This document shows positions 21,470-31,206 of a DNA stretch of 64,000 nt, piece by piece. Source of the stretch: Pseudomonadales bacterium (GTDB lineage: Bacteria > Pseudomonadota > Gammaproteobacteria > Pseudomonadales > GM7GCV1); NCBI GenBank assembly GCA_965204215.1, contig CBDBDZ010000013.1, forward strand, positions 1,165,606 through 1,229,605, given 5' to 3'. The position numbers and the translations under genes were made by a program. The stretch's first letter is position 1, and every line of letters starts with the position of its first letter. The notes below the pieces were generated by a model, which ran no database searches, was not told where the DNA came from, and saw only the letters and a program-made list of their open reading frames with translations.

Positions 21470-22321
21470 TTATTCAACAACAGCAGCACTCCATTCGATA
21501 GGACCGCCGAGCATTGCGCGGTGCGAAACAGGTTGTTTGCCCGCTGTATTTTTTATTTGATAACGCTCACCTAATTCGGCACTGATATGAGCGTTGCCGC
21601 TAAGTTGTAATAATTCCGGGTCTTTGTATAGTGCATCAATAATGAAGCCTTGAAACTCTGGGAGTTCAGCCATTTCCTGAAAGCCCGTGTATTTTTCAGG
21701 CTCAGCTTGTATAACGCGTTGAGTTCTTTCTGTTAACAACATGCCCATCCACAGAGAGATCGCTGCGACATTGAAGGGGCGCAAATCATGTGCCATATCC
21801 CATGTCATTTTATCAATGCCTGCCTTTTGGGCACCGTAGCAAGGGCCGTGCATATAGCAACGTGCGCCAAAAGATGAGGTATTGACGATTAGTCCACGTT
21901 GTTGCCTGGTCATAATCGGAGCGGCGTGATAGCTTGCTAAATAGGCAGATTTTAAGCCAACATCCAGAATCTCAACCATATCTATCGACTTTTCCCAAAA
22001 ACTTCCACTGGCGATGAGATCATCGTGAATAACAGTAGCATTGTTAACCAGAATATCAAGGCGTCCTTGTTCTAATTGAATTTTTTGAAATAGCGTTTCA
22101 ATTTGTTCAGGGCTTGAATGGTCGCAAATAACACCAACGCCAGAACCATTGCGATTAATTTCGCCAACAGTTTGCCAAACGCTGCCAGGCAGTGGATTGT
22201 CGCCATCTTTTGCCGTTCTTCCAGTGACATAAACGCAATATCCTGATTTCCCAAGAGCCAGCGCTATACCTTTGCCTGCACCACGACTAGCTCCTGTAAC
22301 CAGGGCGACAGGTACTTTCAT
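21470..22321 (-). CDS. Short-chain dehydrogenase/reductase
   Basis: 283 aa with TGASRGAGKGIALAL (TGxxxGxG) and YGAQKAG (YxxxK). Confidence 0.8.
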   Translation of the reverse strand: MKVPVALVTGASRGAGKGIALALGKSGYCVYVTGRTAKDGDNPLPGSVWQTVGEINRNGSGVGVICDHSSPEQIETLFQKIQLEQGRLDILVNNATVIHDDLIASGSFWEKSIDMVEILDVGLKSAYLASYHAAPIMTRQQRGLIVNTSSFGARCYMHGPCYGAQKAGIDKMTWDMAHDLRPFNVAAISLWMGMLLTERTQRVIQAEPEKYTGFQEMAELPEFQGFIIDALYKDPELLQLSGNAHISAELGERYQIKNTAGKQPVSHRAMLGGPIEWSAAVVE

Positions 22322-23085
22322 TAAACACCAATAGGAGGGGTAATTGACGAGCAGTTATCAATTAAAAAATGAGCACCGTTAACAAAGCGAGCTTCATTAG
22401 TTGCCAGATACAATACCATAGCAGCAACCTCTTCAGGAAGCGCCATAACGGGCTTCAATGTTTCTATTTGTTCTGTGCTGGCTTCTCGTGTACCAAAGGT
22501 CACGTCAGTTACCATTGGCGTGATAACGCCATCGGGATGAATTGAATTGCAGCGAATATTATTTTGTTGCTGTTTGCAATGCATTGCAACTGAACGTGTC
22601 AGTGACTCAACTGCGCCTTTACTGGCACTGTAGGCAATTGCGAAATTCATACCTTGTTTTGATGCCAGTGAAGACATATTGATAATAGAGCCACCCCCAC
22701 TTTTTTCCATAGCAGGTAATACCGTCTTGCAGCCTAGAAAAGGCCCTTCGGCATTTACAGCGTGAATTTTACGCCATAACTCTAACGATGTATCAGCAAT
22801 AGAGGCAAATTGAAGAATACCTGCATTGTTAACCAATATATGTACGCCGCCAAATGTCTTAACTGTGGTGTCCACAACTTGTTGCCATTGCTTTTCGTTT
22901 GTTACATCGTGCTGCATGTAAATAGCGTTATTACCAATGCCTTCAGCAACACTTTTAACCGTATTCAAATCGATGTCAGTTAACACGACTTTAGCACCTT
23001 CTTCAGCTAAGCGGATAGCATCAGCTTTGCCCATACCGCTACCTGCGCCAGTAATAATGGCGACTTTGTCTTGTACCCTGTTCAT
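22321..23085 (-). CDS. Short-chain dehydrogenase/reductase (classical SDR, 3-oxoacyl/hydroxysteroid dehydrogenase-like)
   Basis: 254 aa with ITGAGSGMGKA, NNAG and YSASKGAV motifs. Confidence 0.85.
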   Translation of the reverse strand: MNRVQDKVAIITGAGSGMGKADAIRLAEEGAKVVLTDIDLNTVKSVAEGIGNNAIYMQHDVTNEKQWQQVVDTTVKTFGGVHILVNNAGILQFASIADTSLELWRKIHAVNAEGPFLGCKTVLPAMEKSGGGSIINMSSLASKQGMNFAIAYSASKGAVESLTRSVAMHCKQQQNNIRCNSIHPDGVITPMVTDVTFGTREASTEQIETLKPVMALPEEVAAMVLYLATNEARFVNGAHFLIDNCSSITPPIGV

Positions 23086-23132
23086 AATAATTGATAAGTA
23101 ATGGTTAGCAGAACATATCGCTCCAGTTATGT

Positions 23133-23354
23133 TCAGGTAAACACTTTCCAGAGGATAGCCATCGTAAAAGCCAGATTAAAACCAAGCATCCAGCTATGTA
23201 ACTTTTGAGTGGCTTTAAGCTCGTAAATATCAGCTTTGGTTGCTAAATTTTCGGCGCTAAGCGCTTCAGCAGCTTGCCGTGCTTTATCTTCAGGTACGCC
23301 TGCAACGCGGAACGCTTCGTAAACTTCAGAAATCATGGTAGTCATAAGCAGCAT
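23133..23354 (-). CDS. DUF1640-like small membrane-anchored protein
   Basis: A helical N-part (AFRVAGVPEDKARQAAEAL) precedes a C-terminal TM helix. The ORF-track TTG start at 23396 overlaps the comM-tail remnant, so an ATG at 23354 or 23345 is more plausible. Confidence 0.55.
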   Translation of the reverse strand: MLLMTTMISEVYEAFRVAGVPEDKARQAAEALSAENLATKADIYELKATQKLHSWMLGFNLAFTMAILWKVFT

Positions 23355-23392
23355 TTTTTCATAAACATCGTATTCTGTAAATCGGTTCCTTA

Positions 23393-23490
23393 TCAAACCT
23401 GACGAAAACTCAATGTTTCAGTCAAATGCTGTTGCTGGATTTGCTCACTCTCCTGCATGTCCGCCAGCGTCCGCGCCACCCTGATAATAC
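23393..23490 (-). pseudogene. comM: Displaced 3'-terminal fragment of comM (about 32 codons plus stop); left island junction
   Basis: The reverse complement reads ..IIRVARTLADMQESEQIQQQHLTETLSFRQV*, against ..IIRVARTLADMQESEQIQQQHLTETLSFRKL* at the end of intact comM (56231-56328). No upstream comM sequence is attached. Confidence 0.85.
23405..23472. repeat. 68-bp direct repeat, left copy (putative attL core)
   Basis: Identical at all 68 positions to 56243-56310 (AAAACTCAATGTTTCAGTCAAATGCTG...CGCCAGCGTCC). The next 18 bp match at 13 positions. Confidence 0.85.
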
Positions 23491-23882
23491 CCGTCTTTAT
23501 CTTGTAGCGTTTTATCCTTGTTATGAATCAGTTTTAAATGCGTTGCCTGTTGCGCTTTAAGACGCTCAACTTCTTCAACAAGTCGTTGATTTTACTTCTG
23601 TAATTGCACAAAATTCATCACGCAATTATAGCAAAACCAACCCTAAAAAGCGCCCTAAATCAACCCACTACCGATAAATAATTTAAAGCACTATGACCTT
23701 GCATCCTGGTTACATCCAAACCTCGCAATAATCACTCCAATTGTTCAACAGACCACTCCAATACTTCCGATTCCAATGGTAGAAATATCAGGGCTTATAG
23801 CGATACTATAGATTTATTTGATAATTTTTAATTTTATATTTAATATCTGCATCGTGATTATGTTGACTTTTGCAAGTCGATT

Positions 23883-24127
23883 AACCTAGATTCCGTAGTT
23901 GAACCTGGAATTTACAGTTATTTTCAGGAAATAATGCAAGGCATGGCTTGCAGGTAATGGTTGTAGCCCTTACCAAAAGCCATAACGCAGCAGTGTGAAC
24001 TGAAAAGGGCTGTAAAGCCAGGTAGCGGTTTGTAATTCACTTATGAAGTGAATCGAAGAATAAGCGTTTATCAATAACATTCAAACTCTTAGAAGTGAAA
24101 TTAGCGTTCAACTGCGGAATCTAGGTT
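23883..24127. other. Unclassified 245-bp element bounded by 22-bp inverted repeats (MITE-like or structured RNA)
   Basis: AACCTAGATTCCGTAGTTGAAC (23883-23904) pairs with GTTCAACTGCGGAATCTAGGTT (24106-24127) at 21 of 22 positions. The interior has several compact hairpins, two with GNRA loops (CAGT-GTGA-ACTG at 23991-24002 and GGCT-GTAA-AGCC at 24008-24019), plus an 8-bp stem at 24035-24053. Confidence 0.45.
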
Positions 24128-24244
24128 TAAGGGTCTGGTTTTGATTATTGAACAAGGGCTATCGCTTTTGCCGATAAGTGGTGCTGTGTTTGTATTTTGT
24201 AATCGCAAACGCGACAAAATGAAAATCGTGTACCGGGACAAGAC

Positions 24245-24337
24245 AATTAGATGCCTTGCGCCAGTTTGTAACATTTTTGTCAGTTCGTCGCTAAAACTTG
24301 TTGGATTTTCGAATAAATTTAAAGTATTGTTAGTCAT
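24245..24337 (-). pseudogene. Transposase N-terminal remnant (possibly IS256/Mutator-like)
   Basis: Only about 31 codons (MTNNTLNLFENPTSFSDELTKMLQTGARHLI) resemble the N-terminus of a DDE transposase. The frame then degenerates, and the remnant abuts the IS5-like element. The family assignment is from memory and is weak. Confidence 0.3.
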
Positions 24338-24418
24338 GGTGTATCTCGTTGTAGTGGTTAAAATTAATGTTTTTATCAAACATCATTTCAACAGGATATG
24401 CAGCTTTTTTCAACTACT

Positions 24419-25931
24419 TAGTCAGTCCTGAAAAACATTTACCTATTTGATTATTATATATATTTTGTTACTATGTCAGTGTGATTTCGACCAGATATGT
24501 TAAAATGGTCTCTTATTTTTGGTCGAATTCATTTAAGCAATGCTCCCTCAATCACCGGTAATATCTCCCCAAACTGGCTTTTTTGATATAGCCAGCCAAC
24601 TCAATCCCAATCATATGCTACTGGCCTTGAGTCGTGAACTAGATTGGTCAAGTATCGAGTCATCGCTCAGCCCTTTATACAGTGCTAAAGGGCGCCGTGC
24701 TAAACCAATTCGACTTACTGAGTGGTCTGTTAATGTTAAAGCAACTGTACAATTTGAGTGATGATTCAGTCGTTGAACAGTGGCAAATGAATCCCTACTA
24801 TCAAGTATTCTGTGGAGAGACGGTGTTTCAAACATTGCCTCCTTGTCATTCAACTGAGTTGGTTAAGTTTCGTCAACGTATTGGCGAAGAGGGCGTGAAG
24901 CAACTTTTTCATAGTAGCGTACTATTGCATGGACAGGCATCGGATGAAATCACGGTATTGGTTGATAGTAGGGTACAAGAAAAAGCGATTACTTACCCAA
25001 CCGATAGTAAGTTGGCAATCAAGATTATTAATCGGTTGAATAAGTTAGCTAAAGAAGAAGGAATTCAACAACGTCGAACCTTTGTCAAAGAAGTGAAAGA
25101 ATTACGTTTATCTTGTCGTTATTTTCGTCATGTAAAACGACGTGCTAAAGCACGTAAAGCATTAAAACGTTTAAGAACTATAGCTGGTATTTTACTGCGT
25201 GAATTACAACGAAAATTACCAGCAACAGTATTGGCGTTACAGACAGAATCGTTTGAATTGTATGAGCGTGTACTAATTCAACAACCTAAAGATAAAAACA
25301 AAGTGTACTCACTACATGAACCTGACATTTACTGTGTCGGCAAAGGCAAAGACCATAAGCCCTATGAGTATGGACGTAAAGCATCAATTGTAGCCACACA
25401 GAAAAGTCAGGTCATTGTTGGCGTAGCCAGCCATGATGAAAATGAACATGACTCAAAGAATTTGAAAGCAGCTTTAGAATCTGCTCATGAGCATCGGCAA
25501 ACAACAATAGAACTAGCTGTGCTTGACCGTGGTTATCGAGGTGCAAACAAGCATGTTGATGTTGAGGTGTTATTACCCAATAAAAAGCTGAAACGAGATA
25601 CGCCGTATCAATCCCAAAAGAAGCGAATATTATGTCGGCAACGTGCAGCGATTGAACCTATTATTGGGCACCTCAAACACGATTATCGATTATCAAGGAA
25701 CTGGCTTAAAGGCAGTGAGGGCGATTCAATCAATTTACTGATGGCTGCTTGCGCCTGGAATTTGAAAAAATGGATGATATTTTTCTTTGTCTATCAAAAT
25801 GTTGATGTTAGCTATCCTGATAACGCACCAAAAGCTACTTTTATTTTCATTTTTGAAAACAATATCCTCATATTCAATACTCAATCACTATAATTGTAAT
25901 CCTCAAATTGCTAATTTTTCAGTACCGACTA
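24419..25931 (+). mobile_element. IS5/IS1182-family element, copy 1 (transposase frameshifted)
   Basis: About 1.5 kb and nearly identical to copy 2 (52398-53909). Terminal inverted repeats are TAGTCAGTCCTGAAAAA and TTTTTCAGTACCGACTA. An extra C at 24718 splits the 450-aa transposase into ORFs 24540-24761 and 24682-25893. Confidence 0.85.
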
Positions 25932-25945
25932 GGTACTTTGACTAG

Positions 25946-27530
25946 CCCGCATATTTCATAAAAAAAAGTACGGTGCTTGTTTAATGCGTTATAATTCAAT
26001 GTGTTAAGTCAAAATTATAAGCCAAGCACCGATGACAGATTGTACCTCAACTTCTACTTACTTTTCACCTTTAAATCGCCGTCAAATCGAAACTCAATTT
26101 AGTGGTGGCGATATGACCAGCAATGCTGGTGTTTTATTGCTCAGAGAGCTTGATAAACACTTATGTCTAAGCAAGCAAGTGGCATCGGTATTTCCCGATA
26201 CCCGGCACAGCAGTTATGTGAAACATTCACTGCAGAGTTTGATTCGTCAACGCTTGTATAGCTTATGCATGGGTTACGAAGACCTTAACGATCACGAGAC
26301 CTTGCGACACGATAAGGCATTACAAACGGCAACGGAAGCTGATCAAGTACTGGGAAGCCAGTCGACATTGTGTCGATTAGAACAATCATTTACTGCGCAA
26401 TCAAACATTGCCATTCATGACGTATTGTTGAACCTATTTATTGATTCGTTTGATAGTGCCCCAGAGGAATTAATTCTCGACTTCGATGCCACTGATGATC
26501 GCGTCCATGGTACGCAAGAAGGTCGCTCTTACAATGGTTATTATCGGCATTATTGTTTTTTACCCTTGTATGTATTCCTGCGGTGAACAACTGTTGGTCA
26601 GCTATCTTCGACCCAGTAATATCGATGGCGCGAAGCACAGTTGGGCGATTCTCAGTTTGTTGGTAAAACGGTTGCGTAAACAGTGGCCTAATGTCAGAAT
26701 CATTATACGTGGCGATAGTGGGTTTTGTCGGCATCAAATGATGAATTGGTGTGAGCGTCATGATGTTGGTTACGTGCTGGGCATTGCAAAAAATAGCCGA
26801 ATACTAGAGATGCTGTCACCCTGGATTGATGCGGTCAATGAACAATATGAACAATCTGGAAACCCCTTGCGCTGGTTTACTCATATCCAGTATGCAGCTC
26901 AATCATGGTCGCAGTCAACGCCGTGTCATCGCTAAAATTGAACATACTGGAAAAGGCATGAACCCGCGATTTGTGGTGACGAATTTATCGGGCGAACATC
27001 AAGCTATTTATGAGGATCTCTATTGTGCTCGTGGCGAAATGGAAAACCATATTAAAGAACAGCAACTCGATATGTTTGCTGACCGAACGAGTTGTCATCA
27101 CTGGTGGCCTAATCAATGGCGACTGTTGTTATCGTCACTGGCTTATGTGTTGATGGAGCGACTACGTCATCACTGCTTAAAAAGCACTGTTTTTGCCCAA
27201 TTACAAGTAGGAACCATACGCCCTTAAATTACTCAAAGTGGCTGCCGTTATTTTATCCAATACCAAGCGTATACGCTTACTATTACCCAGCGCATATCCT
27301 TATCAAGATATCTTCGAGTTGGTTGTCGCCCGGCTTTAAACCTGGATAAGACTGTAAAAAGTGCTGCCCCGGCACGAGAACAAACAATGGGGGTAAGGGG
27401 GAGTTATGTCTGAAATTCGGGCAAAGAGCATATTAAGCTACGTATTCAACAAACTTAAACTAAATTAAAGCAGGATAATCCAACTTCACCTTAAACTCAA
27501 AGTTATTTGTAGGTTTATGAAATATGCGGG
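25946..27530 (+). mobile_element. IS1380-like element, copy A (transposase degenerate)
   Basis: Terminal inverted repeats are CCCGCATATTTCAT and ATGAAATATGCGGG. It is flanked by CTAG on both sides (25942-25945 and 27531-27534). Several 1-nt insertions relative to copies B and C break the 437-aa ORF into 26032-26586, 26486-26935 and 26826-27227. Confidence 0.85.
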
Positions 27531-27734
27531 CTAGGAATTGTCGATGAAGCGGGCGAAATTAACTGGCATAATTTTGAGCGAACTAGTGACTTTATACAGC
27601 GCGAGAAAGCCAAAGGCGTTGTTCCTGAATTTGAAGGATAAAAGCTTATTTGAAGCCTGAAAAAATCTGATATTTTGACGGCGAGCCTTTTTTCTATCAC
27701 TATAAACGCATGGAAATTATCAATGGAACTATTA

Positions 27735-28843
27735 ACCCTGCATGAATATATCATAATTTTATGTTATAATACTAGTCATGAAACAAGTAGATTTAAGAAC
27801 CCTTAGCCCCGAGTCTCGACTAGAATTGAAAAAAATTTGTCTTCGCCTTTACAAGAAGGGAGATCGTACAAAAAAAGCCATAGCCGAAGAGCTTGGTCTT
27901 CGCTATATCACGGTATCAGAATGGCTACGTGAATATAAAGCATCAGGCGAAAAGCTCACCAAAGAAAAACCACGAGGACGCCCATTGGGAGTGGGACGGG
28001 ACTTAACACCGGAGCAAGAAAAACATATTCAGAAGTTGATTATTGACAAGACACCAGACCAGTTAAAGCTGGATTTCGCACTGTGGTCAATCAAAGCAGT
28101 TCAACAATTGATTGATGATGAATTTTCAATTGATTTAGCCTATCGAACTGTCTGTCTTTACCTTAATCGTTGGGGTTTTACCCCCCAGCGTCCAGTCAAA
28201 CGTAGTTATGAACAGCAACCTGCTCAAGTTCAACAGTGGCTTGATGAAGATTATCCTGCAATTCACCAACGCGCCCAGGATGAAGACGCAGAAATTCACT
28301 GGGGTGATGAAACAGGTATTTCGAGTCAAGAGCATTATCCTCGCGGTTATGCTCCTAAAGGGCAAACACCAGTTTTAGTATTATCTCACGCTAAGCGTGA
28401 ATGAGTTAACATGGTGTCAACCATTACTAATCAAGGAAAACTTCATTTTATGGTCTATGACGATAAGTTCACGGCTCAGGTCTTCATCAAATTTTTGAAA
28501 CAATTAATAAAGCAATCATCTAAAAAGGTTTTTTTGATTGTTGATAACTTACGCGTACATCATGCTAAATTGGTTCAAGAATGGTTAGCAGGTAATACTG
28601 AAAAAATTGAGGTCTTCTATCTGCCTAGCTATTCCCCTGAACTTAACCCCCGATGAGTATCTCAATTGTGATTTAAAGCGCTCAATGGGTGCTGATAAAC
28701 CGACTCGAAAGAAAGGGGATATTGCTAAAAATTAGATAAGCATATGAATCTGCTACAACAGCAACCCGAAAGAATTCAATCTTATTTCAAGCATCAGAAA
28801 ATTAAATATGCAGCTTAATAATTTCGAATATTTAATGCAGAGT
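27735..28843 (+). mobile_element. IS630-family element, copy 1 (transposase inactivated)
   Basis: 1109 bp flanked by TA. Relative to the intact copy 2 there are three lesions: a C-to-T nonsense change (GAACGAG to GAATGAG, stop at 28402-28404), an extra C in a C-run near 28648, and a lost A in an A-run near 28726. Confidence 0.85.
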
Positions 28844-28886
28844 TAATAACCAAGATAAAAACTGCCTAGAAGCGGCGAAGATAATC

Positions 28887-29237
28887 ATGGCACATTATCC
28901 ATTTGACCGTATCGCCACACAGGAGGAGATAGATTGGGCGTTGGCATGGTTACGGAGCGTCGAACCGTCTAACTCTGAATATGCACACTCCAAATCTGCG
29001 GCGCGAGATATGATTGCGTTGAAAGTTGCTTCGCCCAATAGCTACGAACCCAATGACCCGAAACGACTCAAGAAAATATCAGCTTTTATATGGGCAAGAG
29101 TCGGGCAACAGCCTAATTTTGGAGAGTTACTGGATTATCTTAAGACAGACGACGCGAAAATAAAAAGCCATACGGCGAAAGCATTGAAGAAGCGGAAGTT
29201 AGCGCGAAAGCGAGGTAGGGTTGGGAGAAAACGTTAA
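28887..29237 (+). CDS. Hypothetical island protein with Lys/Arg-rich tail
   Basis: 116-aa ORF with a clean ATG start and no competing ORF. The C-terminus KKRKLARKRGRVGRKR is strongly basic. No family recognised. Confidence 0.4.
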   Translation: MAHYPFDRIATQEEIDWALAWLRSVEPSNSEYAHSKSAARDMIALKVASPNSYEPNDPKRLKKISAFIWARVGQQPNFGELLDYLKTDDAKIKSHTAKALKKRKLARKRGRVGRKR

Positions 29238-30097
29238 AAATGTAAACATCATTGAAAAAATGAATCTACTCTACACATCAGTACTGTCACTATCCATGCC
29301 GCTGAATATAGCAAAATCGAAAGAGACAATCAATCAGATGTCTAGGTTCAGTACATGTGAGACAAAAGCATAAACATCAAGCAGCCTGTGTAATTTTCAG
29401 ATAATACTCCATTGGAGTATCTAATCCAACCTTTTCGTGTGGTCTATAAGTGTTATAGTAACTTTCATAATCATCTAAGGCTTGATTCATCAATCTAACA
29501 CTTAAACTCCCTTCATAAAAGGGATAAAACTCATAACGTGTTGTACCATTAGCCCGTTCAACACAGCCGTTTAAATCAGGACGCTTAGGTGGTAATACCC
29601 AAAGTTTGATACCGAGTTCACGACAGTATTCTTCAAATTCAGCCATAAATTCGCTACCACCATCCACTTGTATGGACTCAATAGTGAATGGGGCTTGTTG
29701 TTTTAAATACATGAGAAAGCGCTTAGCATTATGACTGGTTGCGGTACTGTAACAACGTAAGAATGTCATACCTGTTATCGGGCAGGTAGCTTTGAATTCT
29801 TTGACATTAAAGCCTTCGGTAAAACTAATACTCATATGGTCAATTTGAATCATCTGACCTACCTTCTTGGCTTTCATACCATATTGCCAACGTCTAGCGT
29901 GATAACTAAATTGTCGTTTCTTTTTAGGCTTCATACGCCCGCCATAATAAAACGATACAGGCAATATCTTACCGTTTTTAATAAATTTACTGATAATCCT
30001 ACCGACGCTACTTTCACTAATCGTTTGCTGATGGTCACGAACCATTATTTTCCATATTTTACGCTTACCCCAACAACGGTAACGCTGCCTAATATTA

Positions 30098-31206
30098 ACT
30101 CTGCATTAAATATTCGAAATTATTAAGCTGCATATTTAATTTTCTGATGCTTGAAATAAGATTGAATTCTTTCGGGTTGCTGTTGTAGCAGATTCATATG
30201 CTTATCTAATTTTTTAGCAATATCCCCTTTCTTTCGAGTCGGTTTATCAGCACCCATTGAGCGCTTTAAATCACAATTGAGATACTCATCGGGGTTAAGT
30301 TCAGGGGAATAGCTAGGCAGATAGAAGACCTCAATTTTTTCAGTATTACCTGCTAACCATTCTTGAACCAATTTAGCATGATGTACGCGTAAGTTATCAA
30401 CAATCAAAAAAACCTTTTTAAATGATTGCTTTATTAATTGTTTCAAAAATTTGATGAAGACCTGAGCCGTGAACTTATCGTCATAGACCATAAAACGAAG
30501 TTTTCCTTGATTAGTAATGGTTGACACCATGTTAACTCGTTCACGCTTAGCCTGAGATAATACTAAAACTGGTGTTTGCCCTTTAGGAGCATAACCGCGA
30601 GGATAATGCTCTTGACTCGAAATACCTGTTTCATCACCCCAGTGAATTTCTGCGTCTTCATCCTGGGCGCGTTGGTGAATTGCAGGATAATCTTCATCAA
30701 GCCACTGTTGAACTTGAGCAGGTTGCTGTTCATAACTACGTTTGACTGGACGCTGGGGAGTAAAGCCCCAACGATTAAGGTAAAGACAGACAGTTCGATA
30801 GGCTAAATCAATTGAAAATTCATCATCAATCAATTGTTGAACTGCTTTGATTGACCACAGTGCGAAATCCAGCTTTAACTGGTCTGGTGTCTTATCAATA
30901 ATCAACTTCTGAATATGTTTTTCTTGCTCCGGTGTTAAGTTCCGTCCCACTCCCAATGGGCGTCCTCGTGGTTTTTCTTTGGTGAGCTTTTCGCCTGATG
31001 CTTTATATTCACGTAGCCATTCTGATACCGTGATATAGCGAAGACCAAGCTCTTCGGCTATGGCTTTTTTTGTACGGTCTCCCTTCTTGTAAAGGCGAAG
31101 ACAAATTTTTTTCAACTCTAGTCGAGACTCGGGGCTAAGGGTTCTTAAATCTACTTGTTTCATGACTAGTATTATAACATAAAATTATGATATATTCATG
31201 CAGGGT
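30098..31206 (-). mobile_element. IS630-family element, copy 2 (intact)
   Basis: 1109 bp. The inverted ends are ACTCTGCATTAAATATTCGAAATT and its near-complement. A TA duplication lies at 30096-30097 and 31207-31208, inside the palindromic target ATAT-TA-ATAT. Confidence 0.9.
30123..31163 (-). CDS. IS630-family transposase (HTH plus DDE_3)
   Basis: Uninterrupted 346-aa ORF with an N-terminal HTH (ITVSEWLREYK) and the DDE region (HWGDETG ... LIVDNLRVHH ... LPSYSPELNPDEYLN). Confidence 0.9.
   Translation of the reverse strand: MKQVDLRTLSPESRLELKKICLRLYKKGDRTKKAIAEELGLRYITVSEWLREYKASGEKLTKEKPRGRPLGVGRNLTPEQEKHIQKLIIDKTPDQLKLDFALWSIKAVQQLIDDEFSIDLAYRTVCLYLNRWGFTPQRPVKRSYEQQPAQVQQWLDEDYPAIHQRAQDEDAEIHWGDETGISSQEHYPRGYAPKGQTPVLVLSQAKRERVNMVSTITNQGKLRFMVYDDKFTAQVFIKFLKQLIKQSFKKVFLIVDNLRVHHAKLVQEWLAGNTEKIEVFYLPSYSPELNPDEYLNCDLKRSMGADKPTRKKGDIAKKLDKHMNLLQQQPERIQSYFKHQKIKYAA

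Noticed and set aside
23491-23625. Minus-strand reading MNFVQLQK*NQRLVEEVERLKAQQATHLKLIHNKDKTLQDKDG next to the comM-tail remnant.
   Set aside because: It is interrupted by a stop after 8 codons, has no recognisable family, and runs into the comM-like fragment in a different frame. It is possibly debris of an element gene but cannot be supported.
23883-24127. Retron msr/msd interpretation of the element closed by the inverted repeat.
   Set aside because: No reverse transcriptase gene lies on either side. The interior consists of several short hairpins rather than one long msd stem. The 22-bp arms are more typical of transposon ends. It is kept only as an unclassified element.
24101-24431. 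Overlapping ORFs of 92 aa (minus strand) and 96 aa (plus strand) between the inverted-repeat element and the IS5-like copy 1.
   Set aside because: Only about 31 codons of the minus ORF look transposase-like. The rest reads through the right arm of the inverted repeat with low-complexity sequence. The plus ORF is its antisense shadow. Neither is credible as an intact gene.
27537-27641. Short open frame IVDEAGEINWHNFERTSDFIQREKAKGVVPEFEG* between IS1380-like copy A and IS630 copy 1.
   Set aside because: It looks like the C-terminal tail of a gene destroyed by the IS insertions, but 34 codons with no recognisable family cannot be called.
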